From assembly GCA_963662545.2 (NCBI GenBank), contig CAXXLL010000003.1:1280001-1344000 (forward strand): 64,000 nucleotides of DNA, in the 5' to 3' direction. The translations under genes and the position numbers were made by a program. A model generated the notes under the pieces. It saw only the letters and a list, made by a program, of their open reading frames with translations. It was not told where the DNA came from and did not search any database. The DNA is from Gammaproteobacteria bacterium. Lineage in GTDB: Bacteria > Pseudomonadota > Gammaproteobacteria > Ga0077536. Shown piece after piece: positions 59,417 to 64,000 of this stretch. Position 1 is the first letter of the stretch, and every line of letters begins with the position of its first letter.

Positions 59417-60655
59417 TCAACGCCCGAGCAGCGTGATGCAGGCTACCGCCTCCTCGAAACCGCAGATGCCGCCGCCGTTCTGGGCGATGGCGATTTTTGC
59501 ACCCTCGACCTGGCGTTTACCGGCTTCGCCGCGCAGGTGGGTCACGAGTTCATAAATCTGTCCGAGACCCGTCGCACCGATCGGATGGCCCTTGGATTCC
59601 AGACCACCGGATGGGTTGACCGGGATACGGCCACCGAGGCTGGTGTCGCCACGTTCGCCCGCGACGCCGCCTTCACCGATGGGACACAGACCGATAGCCT
59701 CGGTTTCCATGACCTCGCCGGTCGCAGTGGCGTCGTGTACCTCGGCGACATCGACATCTTCAGGTCCGACACCCGCCTGCTCGTAGGCCTTGAACGCGCC
59801 GAGCCGACTGGCGTGTTTTTCGAGATCGGCCGCGGCGCGATTGCTGCCCCCCTGTAGCACGCTCGCCAGCACGCGCATCGTGCGCGACCCCGACGCACCG
59901 ATGCGCTTAAGCCCGGCCTCGTTGCATACGATGGCGGCAGCAGCGCCGTCGCTCACGGGAGAGCACATCGGCACGGTTAGAGGATAGGTGATAGGCGCGG
60001 CTGCCAGGATCTCGTCTACGGTAAACGCTTTTTGGTATTGCGAAAGCGGATTCATGGTCGAATGGTTGTGGTTCTTCGAGGCGATCGCGGCGAGCTGGCG
60101 CTGCGTCGTTCCGAATTCGCGCATGTGCATGCGAGAAAATCCGGCGTAGACGTCCATGAATACCGAGTACGGGCGCGGCGAGGTGGACCCTTCGGGTACC
60201 TCGACCCCTTCGCCCAGTTGCAGCAACTGGTTCTTGACGTTCTCTACGTCGTTCACGTCCCAGGCGCCGTCGAAGGCGCTGAACATGAGTTCCTTATCCT
60301 CGGAAAACATCTTCTCGACGCCGATGGCGAGCGCGATGTCCGCGGCGCCGGCCTTGACGTAATTCACTGCCATGTGGAAAGCGGTGCTGGCGGTCGCACA
60401 GGCGTTTTCGACGTTGACCACCGGGATACTCTCGATACCGAAGGCCCGGAGCGCAATCTCGCCGCGCACCATGTCCTGGCCCTCCATGTGACCCTGAACG
60501 CAATTGCCGAAAAAGACCGCCTCAAGGGCTTTGACGTCGCAACCGGCATCTTTGAGCACGCCGGCTAGGGCTTCGCCGGCGAGGTCTTTCAGACTGCGAT
60601 CGAGGTGTTTACCGAAATGCGTCATGCTGACGCCGGCCACGTACATTTCACTCAT
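59417..60655 (-). CDS. SCP2/SCPx-type thiolase-family protein
   Basis: ENACATASTA, EVHDATA, NPSGGL.SKGHPIGATG, AQNGGG. Confidence 0.92.
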   Translation of the reverse strand: MSEMYVAGVSMTHFGKHLDRSLKDLAGEALAGVLKDAGCDVKALEAVFFGNCVQGHMEGQDMVRGEIALRAFGIESIPVVNVENACATASTAFHMAVNYVKAGAADIALAIGVEKMFSEDKELMFSAFDGAWDVNDVENVKNQLLQLGEGVEVPEGSTSPRPYSVFMDVYAGFSRMHMREFGTTQRQLAAIASKNHNHSTMNPLSQYQKAFTVDEILAAAPITYPLTVPMCSPVSDGAAAAIVCNEAGLKRIGASGSRTMRVLASVLQGGSNRAAADLEKHASRLGAFKAYEQAGVGPEDVDVAEVHDATATGEVMETEAIGLCPIGEGGVAGERGDTSLGGRIPVNPSGGLESKGHPIGATGLGQIYELVTHLRGEAGKRQVEGAKIAIAQNGGGICGFEEAVACITLLGR

Positions 60656-61063
60656 GATCCTGTTCCTCTCAACTTTTCACCGCATACCGCAGGCGCGGGA
60701 TTTTTCGGAGCCGACTATGTTACTGGGCTTGGGACGTTCTTTGCCACTCGGAACGGCAGGATACGGCTGCACCCCTGCTAAGCCCGGAAATCTCACCGGG
60801 AATCGGGATCCTGGTCCAAGCCCGCCTCGTGAGATATCCAGGCCAGGCCAACGGCGGCATGGTTGACAAGGGACGCCGTGTCGCAGAGATTGTGTTTAGC
60901 GCGCCCGATCGCGCCAATAACAATGAAAGAGCTCAATCGCCCGAACCGTTTGAACTAAGCAATTGCTGCGCACCCGTACGGTAACGCCGGGAATCCGCAT
61001 CCAATACAAAAAGAGCCCTGCGGGGTCACAACTCCGCGGGACGACCATCGAGGAGCAGGAAAT

Positions 61064-63211
61064 ATGGCTGCGAGAAGGCCACGCGCCCGCAAAGGCACTA
61101 ACTGGATAGCGCTCGACGCCGGCGGCACCCTGACTGACGCCGTCATCGTTGATAAGCAAGGGCAGTTTCTGGTCGGCAAACATCTGACCAACAAACAGGA
61201 CGAATCACAAAGTTTCCTCGGCGCGATCAGAGACGCTACCGACACCGCGGATCGCGACCTCGACCAGACGCTTGGCGCAAGCGACGTCATCGTCTACGCC
61301 GGTACCATCATGTTGAATACCCTGCTCAGCAAGACCGGTGCCAAAGTCGGTCTCATGGTCAGCCAGGGCTTCGAAGACTATCTGCTGATGGAGAAAGGCG
61401 AAGGCTCCTGGATCAGCTATCCGTATTCCGATCGCCTGCATACCGTGACACACCACCACGCGGATCCCACGATCCCGCGCAACCGTATCGTCGGCATCCA
61501 GGGGCGGCTCGATATGTTCGGCGGCGAAGTCATCCCGCTGCGGAAATCCGATGTCGAAGAACAGACCCGGGTGCTAATCGATGAAGGCGCCGAATCGATC
61601 GCGGTGATGTTCCTGTTCTCACACATGGATCCAGTGCATGAACAACTCGCCGCCAAACTCATCCGTAAGATCGATAAAAAAATTCCGATCATTCTCTCTT
61701 CCGAAATCGCCCCCACGCACAAGGAATACACCCGTCTGTCGAGCGTGGTCGCGCAGGCCTATGCGGGTGAGCGTGCGCGAACCCATTTCAAGCGGGTCGA
61801 GGCGCAAGCGCGCGCCCATGGGTTCAACAAGGAAGTGTCCACGCTTCTCGCACACGGTGGAACCGTTCCGATCAGCACCAAGCGACTCTACGAATCCTAC
61901 GTCTCGGGTCCCGTGGGAGGGGTACTGGGCGGTCACTACGTGGGCGAAATCATGGGCTCGGGCAACGTCGTCGGCTGTGATATCGGCGGCACCAGTTTCG
62001 ACGTCGGCATCATTCGCGACGGTATCATCCCGATCATCCGCGAACCGACCTTGCTCAGTTTCCGTACCAACATCCCGATGATCCATACCGAGTCGATCGG
62101 CGCCGGCATGGGCTCAGAACTCGACGTGCATCCGCTGACCGGCAAATTGACGGTCGGGCCGAAAAGCGCGGGCTCCGACGTCGGACGCTGTCTCAATTGG
62201 GACTTACCGACCGTCACGGACTGCCACATCCTGCTCGGCTACCTCGACCCGAACAATTTTCTCGGCGGCGACGTGCCGCTGGATCTGGATGCCGCGGTCA
62301 AAGCGCTCGAACCGATGGCCAAGCATTTCAACACCAAGACCTACGAATTCGCGGAACGCGCCCATCTGCTGGTGTGCGACTACATGAAGGAATTTCTGGT
62401 CAACATGCTGCGCGGACGCGGCTACGACATCCACGAATACGTTCTGATGATGTACGGCGGTGGCGGACCGCTAGGCCTTGCCGACGTCGTCGAGGGACTG
62501 GAATTCAAGGACATCGTCACGTTTCCGTTCGCCGCCGTATTCTCCGCCTTCGGCGTGCTATGCGCGCCGCGGCGCTACCGCTACCACCACAGCATCGTAG
62601 CGGGCTGCCCGCCGGGCGTGGACGATCACATCGTGGGGGTCAAGCAAGCGGCGATCGAATCCATCAACGCCACCTGGAAGCAACTGGAGGCGCGCGCCAA
62701 AGCCGATTTCAAAGGGCATGGCTGGAACTTCAGCGACGCCAAGCTCAACCATTTTGTCTACGTCCGCTTCACCAACCAGTTATCGGACTTCGAGGTGTTG
62801 TGGGACAGCCCGCGGCTCAAGTCGACCGCCGAGCTCGACCAGTTGATGAAACGTTTCGAATCGGTCTACACCACGATCTATCCCGAACAGGCACTGGAGT
62901 CGGAATCCGGCTACCAGATTCTCGAGGTGGCGCTTGCGGCCGACATCGACACGCCTAAGCCGAAGATCCCGATCATGACGATGTCCCGCAAAAAGCCGCC
63001 TTCGGCATCCGAAAAAGGATCGCGCAAGGTTTACTATCGGGGCAAACGCCGCGAATTCCGCGTTTACGAAATGGACGAGCTCAAGGCCGGCAACGTGGTC
63101 AACGGTCCCGGCATTATCGAGCATCCGGCGACGACGTTTTATATACCGCCCGGGCATCACGCCGCATTCGACAAGCGGCGCCTGATTCACTATCGCAAAG
63201 GCACGAAATAG
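61064..63211 (+). CDS. Acetone carboxylase beta subunit-like protein (hydantoinase A/oxoprolinase family)
   Basis: DAGGTLTD, YPYSDRLH, SGPVGGV.G, DIGGTSFDV, SIGAG.GS, GP.SAG, YGGGGP, FSAFG. Confidence 0.9.
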   Translation: MAARRPRARKGTNWIALDAGGTLTDAVIVDKQGQFLVGKHLTNKQDESQSFLGAIRDATDTADRDLDQTLGASDVIVYAGTIMLNTLLSKTGAKVGLMVSQGFEDYLLMEKGEGSWISYPYSDRLHTVTHHHADPTIPRNRIVGIQGRLDMFGGEVIPLRKSDVEEQTRVLIDEGAESIAVMFLFSHMDPVHEQLAAKLIRKIDKKIPIILSSEIAPTHKEYTRLSSVVAQAYAGERARTHFKRVEAQARAHGFNKEVSTLLAHGGTVPISTKRLYESYVSGPVGGVLGGHYVGEIMGSGNVVGCDIGGTSFDVGIIRDGIIPIIREPTLLSFRTNIPMIHTESIGAGMGSELDVHPLTGKLTVGPKSAGSDVGRCLNWDLPTVTDCHILLGYLDPNNFLGGDVPLDLDAAVKALEPMAKHFNTKTYEFAERAHLLVCDYMKEFLVNMLRGRGYDIHEYVLMMYGGGGPLGLADVVEGLEFKDIVTFPFAAVFSAFGVLCAPRRYRYHHSIVAGCPPGVDDHIVGVKQAAIESINATWKQLEARAKADFKGHGWNFSDAKLNHFVYVRFTNQLSDFEVLWDSPRLKSTAELDQLMKRFESVYTTIYPEQALESESGYQILEVALAADIDTPKPKIPIMTMSRKKPPSASEKGSRKVYYRGKRREFRVYEMDELKAGNVVNGPGIIEHPATTFYIPPGHHAAFDKRRLIHYRKGTK

Positions 63212-63244
63212 ATCGCTGTGCCGAGTTACGAGACGATTAATGAA

Positions 63245-63301
63245 TCGCCCGCAAGCCGGCCCCTACAACATTGCCTCCGTAGGAGCTCGCTTGCGGGCGA
63301 A
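63245..63301. repeat. Inverted pair of GTAG-type REPs
   Basis: TCGCCCGCAAGCCGGCCCCTAC-N12-GTAGGAGCTCGCTTGCGGGCGAA between the acx-like genes. Confidence 0.8.
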
Positions 63302-63330
63302 CAACGCTACCAGATGAAGGAAATCCTTCC

Positions 63331-64000
63331 ATGACCAAGCACATGACCTTATTGGAACGCCTCGACCTGTCCGAAAAGCTTTACGAGCAGACCGGTCATT
63401 ACCAGGGTCTTAAAAAGCTCGCCGTACACGACAAGGATCCGCTCAAGTTCGAGGCGTTTCACTCGCGCCTTCTCTCGACCATCATATCGGTGCGTGAAAC
63501 GATGAAGTACATCGCCTCGTCGCCGGCCATTCGCGACTTCGAGGAGTTCGTCATCGGCCTGTATACACCCGAAGGCGATGCCATCGCACTTTCGACCGGC
63601 ATCATGGTGCACGTGCACACCCTGTCTGAATTCATCAAGTTCATGATCCGCAACGACTACGAGGACGACCCCTGTATCCGGCCCGGCGATATATTCGAGA
63701 ATAATGAATCATGGGCGGGCGGCGTGCACACCCCGGACGTCATGACTTGCATCCCCGTCTACCACGAGGGCGAACACATCGCGTGGATCGGATCGGTGTC
63801 GCACGAGCTCGAATCGGGGACCTACGAAGGTCCGGGCATGACCGTATTCTCGCCCGATCGTTTCGGCGAGGGCCTGCACATCAGCGCCGAGAAGGTCGGC
63901 GAGAACGACCATTTCAGGAAAGACTATTTCATGCGCCTGAAGATGGGCCTGCGCAATTCGAATTGGTGGCGGCTGGACGACAAGGCCAAGCTCTCCGGCT
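63331..64000 (+). CDS. Acetone carboxylase alpha subunit-like protein (hydantoinase B family), 3'-truncated by the window edge; absent from the ORF track
   Basis: Manual translation: MTKHMTLLERL...TGHYQGLK.L....DPLKFE...IASSP...LYTPEGDAIALSTGIMVHVHT...I.PGDIF.NN....GGVH..DV...HELE. Confidence 0.9.
   Translation, partial: MTKHMTLLERLDLSEKLYEQTGHYQGLKKLAVHDKDPLKFEAFHSRLLSTIISVRETMKYIASSPAIRDFEEFVIGLYTPEGDAIALSTGIMVHVHTLSEFIKFMIRNDYEDDPCIRPGDIFENNESWAGGVHTPDVMTCIPVYHEGEHIAWIGSVSHELESGTYEGPGMTVFSPDRFGEGLHISAEKVGENDHFRKDYFMRLKMGLRNSNWWRLDDKAKLSG

Noticed and set aside
60725-60823. tRNA or cobalamin riboswitch
   Set aside because: No TTC T-loop or tRNA arm geometry, and only fragmentary similarity to B12-box motifs.
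60863-60891. Sigma70 promoter for the acx-like genes (TTGACA-N17-GAGATT)
   Set aside because: The -35 is perfect but the -10 is poor, so it is not supportable without TSS data.

Overview
GC-rich bacterial chromosome window, probably an uncultured Gammaproteobacterium (inferred from yggX, uspE, pepN, surE, a VPxPA/PEP-CTERM-type protein and mtrAB-like genes). It holds about 60 genes, mostly catabolic redox enzymes: PQQ, Mo-bis-MGD, four LLM, two F420/DDN-type, P450, thiolases and carboxylases. I saw no rRNA, tRNA, CRISPR array, transposase or prophage. Most notable: (1) an MNIO (DUF692)/DUF2063 RiPP cluster whose 12-Cys repetitive precursor has a twin-arginine signal; (2) an uncharacterised module of a B12-type radical SAM with a CCAEP tail, YggX, an atypical IscA and an ATP-grasp enzyme next to moaA; (3) a putative ketone-carboxylation locus (truncated PPDK, three-subunit biotin carboxylase, thiolases, SDR) divergent from acetone-carboxylase-like genes; (4) an mtrA/mtrB-type conduit whose porin has one in-frame TAG, plus an orphan fragment of a paralogous porin; (5) three copies of a 162-bp hairpin MITE with 4-bp target duplications, GTAG REPs, a 78-bp tandem hairpin repeat and a perfect 35-bp-arm palindrome; (6) a PQQ dehydrogenase in which two canonical active-site acidic residues appear to be Gly. 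All family calls come from motif recognition by eye; no database search was run.
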